Shown here piece by piece: positions 1 through 9,073 of a DNA stretch of 64,000 nucleotides; the first letter of the stretch is position 1, and every line of letters begins with the position of its first letter. Made by a program: the position numbers and the translations under genes. The DNA is from a virus. Lineage: Duplodnaviria > Caudoviricetes. The notes beneath the pieces were generated by a model, which searched no databases, was not told the origin of the DNA, and saw only the letters and a program-made list of their open reading frames with translations. Location: the IMG/VR virus record IMGVR_UViG_3300046710_000261, positions 1-64,000 of that record; one strand, 5' to 3'.

Positions 1-124
1 AAAAACATCCTTATATGTCAATCGGATTATGAAGCAGATTTTGTATTTTGTAAAAATGATGTATTTTTGATGAAACACGGCCAAGGTAGAGATATTGCGG
101 GAAGATGAGAGGGAAGCATAAGGC

Positions 125-343
125 ATGAAAATTTGCGGTGCATATGAAGGAAAAAAATGTAGTGGTTTTATTGACGGATATAAGCTTAAATGTAAATTTG
201 CCGAATACCATCAAACATGTAATCATTCAAACGACAGGCGTCGCTATGACCATGATAACGGAATTGCTTGGCATTGTACAAATGGACATTCAGTAACTTG
301 TATTGATGGATATAAAATCCCCGATGAGATTTTCAAGATATGA
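125..343 (+). CDS. Cys/His-rich microprotein with conserved C-terminal tag (type A)
   Basis: Multiple Cys/His; ends YKIPDEIFKI; ATGA overlap with next gene. Confidence 0.75.
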   Translation: MKICGAYEGKKCSGFIDGYKLKCKFAEYHQTCNHSNDRRRYDHDNGIAWHCTNGHSVTCIDGYKIPDEIFKI

Positions 344-537
344 AAGATTGTATATATATCACTCATAAAAATAAAAAGAAATCTGCTCTTTGGTATTGTC
401 AATATGGAACAAACCGCAGTTTTGATTTTCCAGGAGAAAAATTCTGTGATGATTGGTGTAGATGTTCAGATTATAAACCCGTAAGCGAAGAAGACAATTT
501 CAAATTAGAAATACCAATGAAGGAATTTAAAATATGA
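340..537 (+). CDS. Cys-rich microprotein with C-terminal tag (type B, MKDCI...WYC)
   Basis: MKDCIYI..WYC..GEKFCD.W; ends FKLEIPMKEFKI; paralog of 34025..34237. Confidence 0.8.
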   Translation: MKDCIYITHKNKKKSALWYCQYGTNRSFDFPGEKFCDDWCRCSDYKPVSEEDNFKLEIPMKEFKI

Positions 538-785
538 AAGGCTATCGCATTTTTGAAGAAAAAGATTTGGTTGTTGACGACGGGAAAACTGAAAGACAAA
601 AATGGTTGGACAGTCTCAAACCAGAAATGATTGTTTGGTACTATGATTTTGCCAGCTATCCGTCTAAAGTAAAATTAATCAGTAAATTTGGTCTTGTATC
701 ATGGGAAGTACAATGGGCAGAATCATGGGGAGGATTTGTCGCCTTTAAAGATAACTTATTCAAATGGAAAAAAGATATTCCTTAA
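534..785 (+). CDS. hypothetical protein (N-terminal IFEEKDL motif)
   Basis: ORF coupled by ATGA overlap. Confidence 0.6.
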   Translation: MKGYRIFEEKDLVVDDGKTERQKWLDSLKPEMIVWYYDFASYPSKVKLISKFGLVSWEVQWAESWGGFVAFKDNLFKWKKDIP

Positions 786-799
786 GATAGGAGACTATA

Positions 800-970
800 A
801 TGAAAAAAATATCCATTGTTGAAGAAAAAGATTTGAAAGTTATCTGTAAAACAAAACGGTGCCATAAGGAAATCAATCCCGAAGAATACCCCGGAGTATA
901 TAATAGTGAACCATTTATTTATGACAAAAATTGCGGGTGTTGTGTGGATTGCCCGTTTATAAGAGAATAA
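800..970 (+). CDS. 56-aa Cys-rich microprotein (not in ORF track)
   Basis: AGGAG SD; translated by hand: MKKISIVEEKDLKVICKTKRCH...NCGCCVDCPFIRE. Confidence 0.65.
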   Translation: MKKISIVEEKDLKVICKTKRCHKEINPEEYPGVYNSEPFIYDKNCGCCVDCPFIRE

Positions 971-973
971 TAT

Positions 974-1180
974 ATGAAAGAAAAATTATTCATTTGTGAT
1001 GGGGTGGGAATACATTGTGGTCATTCTTGCACTGCCCAAGAACCACATAAACATGGTACGAGAGATAATTATACATTATGTAATGAACAAAGAGATTGTA
1101 GAAGAGCAGGAAAACTTACAACATGCGTACCATATCATGAATATAAAATCGAATTACCAAAGGAGTTATTTAAAATATGA
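974..1180 (+). CDS. Cys/His-rich microprotein with C-terminal tag (type A)
   Basis: LFICDG..PHKH..CNEQRDC; ends YKIELPKELFKI; paralog of 31247, 30224, 29761. Confidence 0.8.
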   Translation: MKEKLFICDGVGIHCGHSCTAQEPHKHGTRDNYTLCNEQRDCRRAGKLTTCVPYHEYKIELPKELFKI

Positions 1181-1436
1181 AACTCACAACTTTATTTATT
1201 ATCTGGATCGTCGTGCTTTTTATAATTCTGCCAATGCCATTTTCATCAATTAGAAGATGGTATGATAGAAAATATGGCAAAAAGATTGCAACTTGCAAAA
1301 TTTGTAGAAAAGATATGAGCGAAAGTTATACTATATGGCTTAAACTTCATCTTGAAAATATGCACGAACTTGGGCTGAAAGAGATGTTGAAATTTGCTTG
1401 GTGGCCTTGGGCATACTTTTCTTTCAGGAGGGAAAA

Positions 1437-2246
1437 ATGAACATTATAAAACAGTCGTGGGAATTTATGGATGAATATGATGGTGAGAGGATGCTCAAGA
1501 AGATTGAGCGTATGGGCAGAACCGCATATAAATCCGAAAGCAGAATTGCCCCAAAGTCTTTTGAGAAATTCATTATGACACTGGTAAAAAGTGGGCATAC
1601 TTCTGTTTTGGAACATGGGGTTATTTCTATCAAGATTATCACAAGCAGGGCAATCGCAAATCAAATCGTAAGGCATAGGCTTGCTTCTTATACACAGGAA
1701 AGCACCCGATACTGTAATTATTCGAATAAAAAATTCGGGAAGCAGATCACAGTTATTCTGCCAAAATGGTATTATTCTCTTGATCTTGATAAGACCATCA
1801 AAGAACTTGATAGTCTGAAATCCTTGAATATTTCCGATCCTCTTGTAAATCAATTCAGTAGATGGTTATGGGTAATGAGGCAATGTGAATATACTTATTT
1901 TGATCTGATCAAATTGGGTCAAAAGCCAGGTCGAGCACGAGGGGTATTGCCTCTCGATTTGAAAACTGAATTGGCTATGACTGCGAATATAACTGAATGG
2001 AGACATATATTGAGGGCAAGAATAAAAGAAGATGCTGACCCTCAAATACAAGAAATTTGTTTGTCCATTTTAGAAGGATTTGAAAAAACATTTCCCATCA
2101 TATTTAATGATGTTTTGATGGAAAAGGTTGTGTTGGATACAATGTCAAAATGTAAGGCATTGGTGCTTGTAAAAAAAGGAAACGAGAATGGTAGCAACGA
2201 AATCAAGGAAGTGGATAGAACTCAATTGGTTGAGACGAAAGAATAA
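1437..2246 (+). CDS. thyX: flavin-dependent thymidylate synthase
   Basis: GHTSVLEH, SRAIANQIVRHRLASYTQESTRY signature, ARGVLP, WRH; start moved to the ATGA overlap at 1437. Confidence 0.95.
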   Translation: MNIIKQSWEFMDEYDGERMLKKIERMGRTAYKSESRIAPKSFEKFIMTLVKSGHTSVLEHGVISIKIITSRAIANQIVRHRLASYTQESTRYCNYSNKKFGKQITVILPKWYYSLDLDKTIKELDSLKSLNISDPLVNQFSRWLWVMRQCEYTYFDLIKLGQKPGRARGVLPLDLKTELAMTANITEWRHILRARIKEDADPQIQEICLSILEGFEKTFPIIFNDVLMEKVVLDTMSKCKALVLVKKGNENGSNEIKEVDRTQLVETKE

Positions 2247-2622
2247 AGAAATATTTTTGCCAGAAATATTATTTGTTCCTTTGGAAAAAGCATCGGGCTG
2301 TTATATCCACCCATTGAAAATAGAATATCCTATTTGTGGAAGATATATTAATTTGGAAAGAGGAATTATTATTGTCAATCCTGAATGGGATGATAAAGAG
2401 ACTATAAATTCTATTGCTCATGAATGGAGACACCATCAACAATATCTCAATGGAATAACTTTCGAAAACCACACAGGATGGAAGACCACAGAAGATTATA
2501 AAAAGAATATTATAACTTATTTCCATTCAAATAAAGTAGAAATGGATGCTCTTTTGTTTTCACAGAAGATAGCATCATCAGATACTTCAACTGAATGGTT
2601 AGAATGGGTAATGAACGGATAA
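2188..2622 (+). CDS. HExxH zincin-like metalloprotein
   Basis: SIAHEWRHHQQY plus downstream E (VEMDA). Confidence 0.55.
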   Translation: MVATKSRKWIELNWLRRKNKEIFLPEILFVPLEKASGCYIHPLKIEYPICGRYINLERGIIIVNPEWDDKETINSIAHEWRHHQQYLNGITFENHTGWKTTEDYKKNIITYFHSNKVEMDALLFSQKIASSDTSTEWLEWVMNG

Positions 2623-2625
2623 ATC

Positions 2626-3681
2626 ATGACATACAATACTTTTCTATTTCTACTTTTATTTTCTGTTATACCATTTCTGCTTTATAGGCTTTTCAAAAAG
2701 CAGATGGTCTGGTTTGAGCCTTGTATTCTTATTCCACTATGCTTTCTTCTGGTATTCATAGGACAATGGGGGAGCATTACCATAGCAACCCAGGACACAG
2801 AAACCTGGAATGCTCAACTTGTCAATAAAAAAAGTGTGAGAGTTTCTTGTGAGCATTCATACCAATGTAATTGTTATACGGATAAAAACGGAACGCATTG
2901 CTCAACCTGTTATGAACATTTTTATGATGTTGATTGGAATTTATATGATGATATGGGAAACACAATTACCATTGACAGAATAAATAGACAAGGAACAAAA
3001 GAACCGCCGCGCTGGACAAGAGCAAAGCAGGGAGACCCCATTGCTACTCTTCATAATTATACAAATTGGGTAAAGGGGGTAAAGTATTCTGTCTTCAGTG
3101 AAGAACGTGGTGATACATCAAAATATGATGCCGTTGTTCCCAAATATCCCCAAAGGATTTATGACTACCATTATTGTGATAGGGTTCTTCGAGTAGGTAA
3201 AGTAAACATCGAAAATTTTCCAGCATGGAGTATGGATTTAGCATATGCCCTAAGAACAATGGGGCCGAAAAAACAAGCAAATGTAGTTTTGATTTTTACT
3301 GATCTGCCAAAGGATTTTTATTATTCAGTCGTAAAGGCATGGAACCATGGTAAAAAGAACGATGTTGTTATCATCGTGGGCCTGGATACATCAAATGAAA
3401 TAGATTGGGTTCAAGTTTTCTCATGGTCAAAGAAAGATATATTCAATGTCAAATTGCGTGATGCCCTATATGATTTACATACACCAAACAGAGCACAATT
3501 TATTCAAACAATTTCAGAAATAACAATGTCTGATTTTCAAAGACAATCAATGAAAGAATTTGAATATTTGAGAAAGGAAATTCATCTTTCAACTCCGATC
3601 TGCATTTTCTTTTATATATTGCTCATCGGCGCGTGTGTTGGTGATGTGTTGTTGGTAGAAAAATACAATGATAGGTATTGA
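2626..3681 (+). CDS. membrane protein with large periplasmic domain (TPM-like), LemA-associated
   Basis: Two N-terminal and one C-terminal TM segments; Cys-rich insert; GKKNDVVIIVG resembles the TPM strand; near LemA-like gene. Confidence 0.55.
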   Translation: MTYNTFLFLLLFSVIPFLLYRLFKKQMVWFEPCILIPLCFLLVFIGQWGSITIATQDTETWNAQLVNKKSVRVSCEHSYQCNCYTDKNGTHCSTCYEHFYDVDWNLYDDMGNTITIDRINRQGTKEPPRWTRAKQGDPIATLHNYTNWVKGVKYSVFSEERGDTSKYDAVVPKYPQRIYDYHYCDRVLRVGKVNIENFPAWSMDLAYALRTMGPKKQANVVLIFTDLPKDFYYSVVKAWNHGKKNDVVIIVGLDTSNEIDWVQVFSWSKKDIFNVKLRDALYDLHTPNRAQFIQTISEITMSDFQRQSMKEFEYLRKEIHLSTPICIFFYILLIGACVGDVLLVEKYNDRY

Positions 3682-3945
3682 AAAAGAGAGAGGAAAGAAA
3701 ATGAAGGTAGTAACTTTTGAGGAAAAGCTAGGAAGAGTTGAAGTGCTTCAAGAAACAGAAGTAGTTGGTGTTTTTACTGACGATGGAAGTCTAATGATAC
3801 TTACATCAACCACATTCACCTGTTTGGATCTATTGTTAATGAGCAGAGAGGGAGATAGACTTCTCAAATCCAAGATAGTATCTTTAGAAGCTGAATTGAA
3901 AAAACTTCGGGAAAACAATTAAATTCTATTTAAAGGGGAAAGAAA

Positions 3946-4164
3946 ATGTTGAGAAAAATTGAAAGTTTTTATTTGAAGTTCTGTATTGGTCTTGCTATAT
4001 TCATCGTCATTGGGGCCATTTCTTCTTGTGGTCAAGCCTCAAGAATGGAAGCATCATATACAGGATATTCAAGAATGTGTGTGGATGGAGTTCAGTATCT
4101 TCAATTCACTTCGGGCGCAACTGTTGCATATGAAACAGATGGAAGAATCAAAACTTGTAAATAA
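3946..4164 (+). CDS. small lipoprotein
   Basis: Hydrophobic leader with lipobox ISSC; CVDGVQY...C motif. Confidence 0.6.
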   Translation: MLRKIESFYLKFCIGLAIFIVIGAISSCGQASRMEASYTGYSRMCVDGVQYLQFTSGATVAYETDGRIKTCK

Positions 4165-4185
4165 AAAAAAGAGAGGAGAAAGAAA

Positions 4186-4743
4186 ATGAGTAGAAGTTTA
4201 ATCACAATATTGGCAATTTTTGGTGTAGTTCTATTTTTTGTTTTGATCGCGATTACGTCAATGATCAGTATGAACAACACCGCAGTTTCGATGGAAAAAA
4301 CCATCAAGGCGCAGTGGACGGAGAACCAGAACAACTTGAGCAAGTATAGCAACACTATTGCTGAAGCTGCCCAAGTTCCCGCCATGTACCGTGACGACTT
4401 TGTGAAGGTTATCAATGCATCTATGCAGGGGCGTTATGGCGACAAGGGAAGCCAAGCGGTGTTTCAATGGCTGAAGGAACAGAATTTGAATTTTGATGCC
4501 AGTGTATACAAGAAACTTCAGCAGATGATTGAAGCAGGAAGAAAAGATTTTGAGCGTGAGCAGAAAAAACTCATTGACCTGAAAAGACAATATGAGACCA
4601 TGCTTGAGACTTTCCCCCGTGGGTTCATTCTGAAATTCTTGGGATTTCCCAAGGTTGATTTGAACACATTTAATATCGTAACATCGGAATATTCCAATGA
4701 TGCATTCAAATCTGGTGTCGATAAGGGGATAAAACTTCGATAA
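4186..4743 (+). CDS. LemA-like membrane-anchored protein
   Basis: N-terminal TM, helical body, C-terminal YETMLETFPRGFILKFLGFP resembles the LemA FP..GF motif. Confidence 0.75.
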   Translation: MSRSLITILAIFGVVLFFVLIAITSMISMNNTAVSMEKTIKAQWTENQNNLSKYSNTIAEAAQVPAMYRDDFVKVINASMQGRYGDKGSQAVFQWLKEQNLNFDASVYKKLQQMIEAGRKDFEREQKKLIDLKRQYETMLETFPRGFILKFLGFPKVDLNTFNIVTSEYSNDAFKSGVDKGIKLR

Positions 4744-4931
4744 TGGAAAAAATTGCACCTACAGTAATTATTCCTGGTGTGGGTGAAATCACCCCGTCAG
4801 GAAAGCTATGGATTGTGGCCTTTGCTATGGCAGGATGCAAATGGGCAGATGAGATTATGCAGACAGAAGATTTTCGTGTTCAATTGAAAGAAGAATTTAA
4901 GATCAATGAAATAATGGCATCTATAAAGAAA

Positions 4932-5028
4932 TCCTGCTCCTGAGTTCTTTCATGGGAACATATTCATAACCGACACGCATTACATGAATATCCCATTGCC
5001 CTGTAATGCTGATGGGTCAGGGGCAGGA
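4932..5028 (+). ncRNA. candidate structured RNA (three-way junction with loop-loop pairing)
   Basis: 12-bp closing stem 4932-4943/5017-5028 (one G-U valid on + only), long inner hairpin, GCATTA/TAATGC loop complementarity. Confidence 0.5.
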
Positions 5029-5284
5029 AAAATAGAAAGGAAAAACATATGAATTGGAGAAAATTTTGGTTTGAAGGAAATATGGCATGGGGGCTGATTG
5101 AATCTCCTGAAGATTGGAGAAGAATAAAAGTGGCATACTCCGATATCAATTTGAGAACTGCCCGAAGATGTGAAACTCTTTCATATCCATATCCATATTT
5201 TGGGTTTTCAAGTGAATGTAAGGGTAAAGAAACCTTGGGTGAATTTGCTGATAACAATGGAATGAACCTATAAAGGAAGATAAA

Positions 5285-5551
5285 ATGAAAATTGTAAAAT
5301 TCAAAGATGGAAAGTATGGAATAAGACGGGGATGGCATTGGTGGATAGGATATGAATACAAAGATTTGACTTCTGGTTACTGGTGGCATGCTGGTGGTAG
5401 TGAAGTTCAAAAATCTTGTAAATCTCCGGATCTTGATCTTGTTCAGAAAATATTAACGGAAATGACCGATATGGGAACACCAATAGATAAACCAGAGAAG
5501 CCCAAAGAATTATGGAATACAGCAATTTCAGAAGATGTTTTCAAAATATAG
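5285..5551 (+). CDS. hypothetical protein with C-terminal tag (non-Cys body)
   Basis: Ends TAISEDVFKI-TAG. Confidence 0.65.
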   Translation: MKIVKFKDGKYGIRRGWHWWIGYEYKDLTSGYWWHAGGSEVQKSCKSPDLDLVQKILTEMTDMGTPIDKPEKPKELWNTAISEDVFKI

Positions 5552-5560
5552 GAGAACACA

Positions 5561-5902
5561 ATGACTTTAACCGAAAGAATAACACAATTGGAAGAAATAA
5601 AATCCCTTTTGGATAAAACATATCCTGGCCCCGAAGGGGATGATAATCAATTATTGAATGATGTTTTATGGATTGGATATGCACAGGGAGCAATTGCACA
5701 TCAGGATGATATTCTCTCAATAAGTTTTGATATAGATGCCGATCCTTGTTTTGTTGCCGCTATCGTTAAACTATTGGTTCAAAGTAATTATTCTATCGAG
5801 ATCTTCGAGCCATACTACATATCAAATGATGGGGAAACGTATTGGGGTGAACAAATTGATAAACATAAAGAGGCGGATTTGAGAAGCCACTATTGCAATT
5901 AA
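5561..5902 (+). CDS. hypothetical protein
   Basis: AGGAG SD, 113-aa ORF. Confidence 0.6.
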   Translation: MTLTERITQLEEIKSLLDKTYPGPEGDDNQLLNDVLWIGYAQGAIAHQDDILSISFDIDADPCFVAAIVKLLVQSNYSIEIFEPYYISNDGETYWGEQIDKHKEADLRSHYCN

Positions 5903-5904
5903 CG

Positions 5905-5933
5905 TTTACAATCAATTCTGTTTATGGTATAAT
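5905..5933 (+). promoter_or_regulatory. sigma70-type early promoter
   Basis: TTTACA-17-TATAAT with TG extension; near-identical to promoter at 32016-32044. Confidence 0.75.
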
Positions 5934-5953
5934 ATAAATAAGAGAGGAGACTT

Positions 5954-6058
5954 ATGGCCATTATGAAAATCGTGGTGATAACTATTGGTATATACCATTT
6001 GGCAACAAAACGGGCCACTTCGGGTATTGCTTTTATTGCCATTGGTCTTGTACTATAG
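5954..6058 (+). CDS. 34-aa hydrophobic peptide (not in ORF track)
   Basis: GAGGAG SD; MAIMKIVVITIGIYHLATKRATSGIAFIAIGLVL; paralog of next ORF. Confidence 0.7.
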   Translation: MAIMKIVVITIGIYHLATKRATSGIAFIAIGLVL

Positions 6059-6069
6059 GAAGGAAACAT

Positions 6070-6180
6070 ATGGATAAATCAGTTATAAAGGGCATTTTGG
6101 TGATTATTGCCATATGGCATCTTGTTACTTTGAGACTTACTTCGGGCATATCGCTTTTACTTATCGCATATGCATTATAG
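6070..6180 (+). CDS. 36-aa hydrophobic peptide (not in ORF track)
   Basis: GGAAGGA SD; MDKSVIKGILVIIAIWHLVTLRLTSGISLLLIAYAL. Confidence 0.7.
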   Translation: MDKSVIKGILVIIAIWHLVTLRLTSGISLLLIAYAL

Positions 6181-6191
6181 GAGAATAAGAA

Positions 6192-6380
6192 ATGTTTGAT
6201 GATTTGATTTTGAAAAAGGCAGAGGTCAACCCTATAGATCCAGAGAAACCTGTTGGTGAAAGAGAGGTTGACGAGAAAGTAATGAATGGAGCCAGTGGAA
6301 TAGGTGCACCGCGCAATCTTACTCTTGATGAAGAAGAGGAAGAGGAAGAGGAAGATTGCACGAATTGTATAAGCACCTGA
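6192..6380 (+). CDS. acidic microprotein with N-terminal MFDD(L/I) motif
   Basis: AGGAG SD; MFDDLIL; poly-Glu; C-terminal CxxC. Confidence 0.65.
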   Translation: MFDDLILKKAEVNPIDPEKPVGEREVDEKVMNGASGIGAPRNLTLDEEEEEEEEDCTNCIST

Positions 6381-6615
6381 CCAGGGCATCCATCCACTCC
6401 GTAGGAATGGAAAGGATAATTTATGTTTGCCAATATTACAATTCTATTTTCTATGTATCTATTACTTCATGCTATAATCAGAACGGCCGGAGCAGAAAAT
6501 CTTGAATTGTACGAAAGAATACCACTTATCGGTATATGCGGGTGTGTATTTTTTCTTGGAATACTCGGCCTAATAGTGCCAATGAAATCACAAAAAGCAA
6601 GAAAGGAGAATGACA

Positions 6616-6861
6616 ATGTTTGATGATTTGCTATCACCTAATACCGACCCATTTTTGAAGAAAAATCAGCCAGTGCCTATACCAGGAGAAAATCTGGAAG
6701 CCCCAGGGAAATCTCCTGGTGGAATGCCTGGCGTCCCCGCTCCTGCTGCACCATCAACAACAGCATCAGGAAATGGTGGTGGATGGAATACAGGAAACCC
6801 ACAAAAGAATTGGAGTACGGGCCGAAAACCCAAGGATGTTTGGAATACAAGCAATCCTTAA
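6616..6861 (+). CDS. Pro/Gly-rich disordered microprotein with MFDD(L/I) motif
   Basis: AAGGAG SD; MFDDLLSP; three W(N/S)T repeats near C-terminus. Confidence 0.65.
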   Translation: MFDDLLSPNTDPFLKKNQPVPIPGENLEAPGKSPGGMPGVPAPAAPSTTASGNGGGWNTGNPQKNWSTGRKPKDVWNTSNP

Positions 6862-6869
6862 CCAATTTT

Positions 6870-6978
6870 TGCCCCCTACTAGCAATAAGCAGAAATGCTT
6901 AACTGAATATCGGAAAAAAATTATAAGAAGTGAAAAGCCAAAAGTAACTTCGTGGTGAAATTCCACTGCCGAGGGGCA
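6870..6978 (+). ncRNA. candidate structured intergenic RNA with GNRA hairpin and T-loop-like hairpin
   Basis: TGCCCC/GGGGCA, TAAGCA-GAAA-TGCTTA, TCGG/CCGA, GAAGT/ACTTC, GTGG-TGAAATT-CCAC. Confidence 0.5.
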
Positions 6979-7004
6979 TAGACAGAAAAAAATGAAGGCA
7001 AAAT

Positions 7005-7415
7005 ATGACAAAAAAAGATGTGATGAAAATGGTAGCAGGAAAGGAATTAAATATTCTCATTACTGAAAAAGTATTCAAACACAAGCCGTGCAATGACTGG
7101 ACACCTACAGGAGCACCATTTTATGGAATGCAAATGCCTATGCCCTGCTCGAAACATCCCAAAGGATGTTACCCCAAAGGATATCCCACCGAATATAGTG
7201 AAAACATAACAGCCGCTATGGGCCTCTTTGATTATTTGCGAAATACAGGAAAATATTGCTGCCTAGAAATATATTCTGATTATAACTACTGCTGGAAAGT
7301 ATCATTGACAAAAAGTGAATTAAATGAAGAACATAAACCCACAATTGTTGTCGATGGGGAAGAAAATCTTCCGCTTGCCATATGTAAAGCTGCATTGCTA
7401 ACAAAAATTAGATAA
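7005..7415 (+). CDS. phage ABA-sandwich / BC1872-like protein
   Basis: AGKELN.LI.EKVF, YSENITAAM, LPLAICKAAL motifs. Confidence 0.7.
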   Translation: MTKKDVMKMVAGKELNILITEKVFKHKPCNDWTPTGAPFYGMQMPMPCSKHPKGCYPKGYPTEYSENITAAMGLFDYLRNTGKYCCLEIYSDYNYCWKVSLTKSELNEEHKPTIVVDGEENLPLAICKAALLTKIR

Positions 7416-7788
7416 GGGAAATAATATGAAAAAGAGACAAATACTCGCCACACTTAACTTGGTTGAATATTGTGTTATAGTAATGACATATATGTTATAT
7501 TTGCTTGCAAATGATAAAACGGCATTTATAATTCTCATCCTTCCAGGAATATATGAACTTATAAAAACAACGCTATTGTTTAATGAAGATTTGGATATTC
7601 CAATGAAAGAGAAAAAATGGTAATACTTGACGGCAAAGACATAATCATAATAACAAAAGACGATGCCCGTAAAATTGTGAATTATTTCAAAAGACCGCGC
7701 ATGACAAAAGCCCAATTGGAGAAATATGGAAAGGCGGGGATTTTGGATATTATTTTAGATATGGCGGATATTTTAAGAAAAGAGGAAC

Positions 7789-8343
7789 CTATAGAATAAG
7801 GTTTTTAAGTTTTTCCTTTATGAATGAATTATGTTTAGGGTCTATATGCGTCCACCCATCAGAATATGATGGATTTAAACTTCCATCAGGCAAAGCATAA
7901 TAATCGTATATATCTAAAAATTTAATTTTCCTTTTCCAACAACGATTTTTCAGAAAACCATTCATTCTCTTTGTCATATCAACTCTTTGCTCTATTGTTC
8001 CATTATAATATGTTATACTTTCAAATTCCGCTGGTATAGGAAAATTGGTTGGTGGGGTGATTGATGATATTATCAAATTCACCCTATATTTTTGTAATTT
8101 GCTTATATAGTCCTGTGCTAATTGTTTCATTGTATCTTGATGGCTGAATAGATGCATTCGGCAATCTATTTCCCCAAAAATAAAAAGATATTTTATATCT
8201 GGTCGTATTGGGATAATTTTACCTCCAAATACAAAGTCAAGCTGACCGTTCACTACATTGAAGATTGTTTGCTGTTGGCCGATAAAAGAATCTGCTATGC
8301 CTGTAAATGTTCGTATATGAGAATCCCCTATTACTATTAACAT
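7789..8343 (-). CDS. SGNH/GDSL hydrolase-like protein
   Basis: IGDSH, FGEIDCR, DGWTH. Confidence 0.8.
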   Translation of the reverse strand: MLIVIGDSHIRTFTGIADSFIGQQQTIFNVVNGQLDFVFGGKIIPIRPDIKYLFIFGEIDCRMHLFSHQDTMKQLAQDYISKLQKYRVNLIISSITPPTNFPIPAEFESITYYNGTIEQRVDMTKRMNGFLKNRCWKRKIKFLDIYDYYALPDGSLNPSYSDGWTHIDPKHNSFIKEKLKNLIL

Positions 8344-8351
8344 ATCATTTC

Positions 8352-8654
8352 CTATAAAATAAATCTATAAAATGGATAAGAAATGCGAGAACCGTTCAAA
8401 TAATAAGCGCGAACACGATAATGAATAATTGTATCGTGAGCATGTAATAAATCTAACCAATATTCTGCCAATGAAAGGTCTTGATTGTCTGCAATGATTT
8501 TACCAATATAATCCACTCCCATAGTGATGCAAGGAAATGAGGGATCAGTTTTATCCACCGTTTGATCATAAAGTATACATTGTCCTACTTGCAGAATGTT
8601 TCCTGCATTGAATAATATTTTCTTTGAAATATTTCCTATTATATCATCAAACAT
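8352..8654 (-). CDS. hypothetical protein with MFDD(L/I) N-terminus
   Basis: MFDDIIGNI; TAATG overlap. Confidence 0.6.
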   Translation of the reverse strand: MFDDIIGNISKKILFNAGNILQVGQCILYDQTVDKTDPSFPCITMGVDYIGKIIADNQDLSLAEYWLDLLHAHDTIIHYRVRAYYLNGSRISYPFYRFIL

Positions 8655-8860
8655 TAGAACCCCTGCTTTCTCAAATCCTCATCAATTTTATGTCTCATCT
8701 TTTTTATTCTTTCCATTTCATTATTTTCTGCTATATCTTCTATCATTTCTTCAAAGGAAGAGAAATCACCATTTGATTGAAACATCTTAAACATTCTTTG
8801 CAATAGTTCATCTATATCTATATCTTTATTGTCTACACCATAAATTATATCATCAAACAT
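8654..8860 (-). CDS. acidic microprotein with MFDD(L/I) N-terminus
   Basis: MFDDIIYG; GGAG SD. Confidence 0.65.
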   Translation of the reverse strand: MFDDIIYGVDNKDIDIDELLQRMFKMFQSNGDFSSFEEMIEDIAENNEMERIKKMRHKIDEDLRKQGF

Positions 8861-8872
8861 TTTTATTCTCCC

Positions 8873-9073
8873 TTATCTTTCGTATTCGGGTTCTCCAAAG
8901 TCTTCGGCTGCTTTTTTCTTTATTTCTTCTAGTATTTCTTCATCAATCTCTTTTTCTATATCATCAGCAAGAGATTTATATGTCCTTTGCCCCCAAATTA
9001 TAACATCTTCTGGAATTATGATTTCCTTATTCTCCGTTTTTTTCTCTGGTATTAAATCACTGAAGTCTTCCAT
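8873..9073 (-). CDS. microprotein with gp23-like helix
   Basis: LADDIEKEIDEEILEEI resembles the T4-type MCP L..EI..EI[DN]REI helix; AGGAG SD. Confidence 0.55.
   Translation of the reverse strand: MEDFSDLIPEKKTENKEIIIPEDVIIWGQRTYKSLADDIEKEIDEEILEEIKKKAAEDFGEPEYER

Noticed and set aside
4941-5006. Selenocysteine or readthrough at the TGA of 4743..4943
   Set aside because: The extension is only about 20 unremarkable codons, and the TGA is itself paired in the closing stem.
5008-5030. Hammerhead ribozyme (CTGATG..GAAA)
   Set aside because: The core reads CTGATGG rather than CTGANGA, and the stems do not fit hammerhead topology.
6870-6978. FMN or cobalamin riboswitch
   Set aside because: Only the GGTGAAATTCC hairpin matches; the other conserved blocks are missing.
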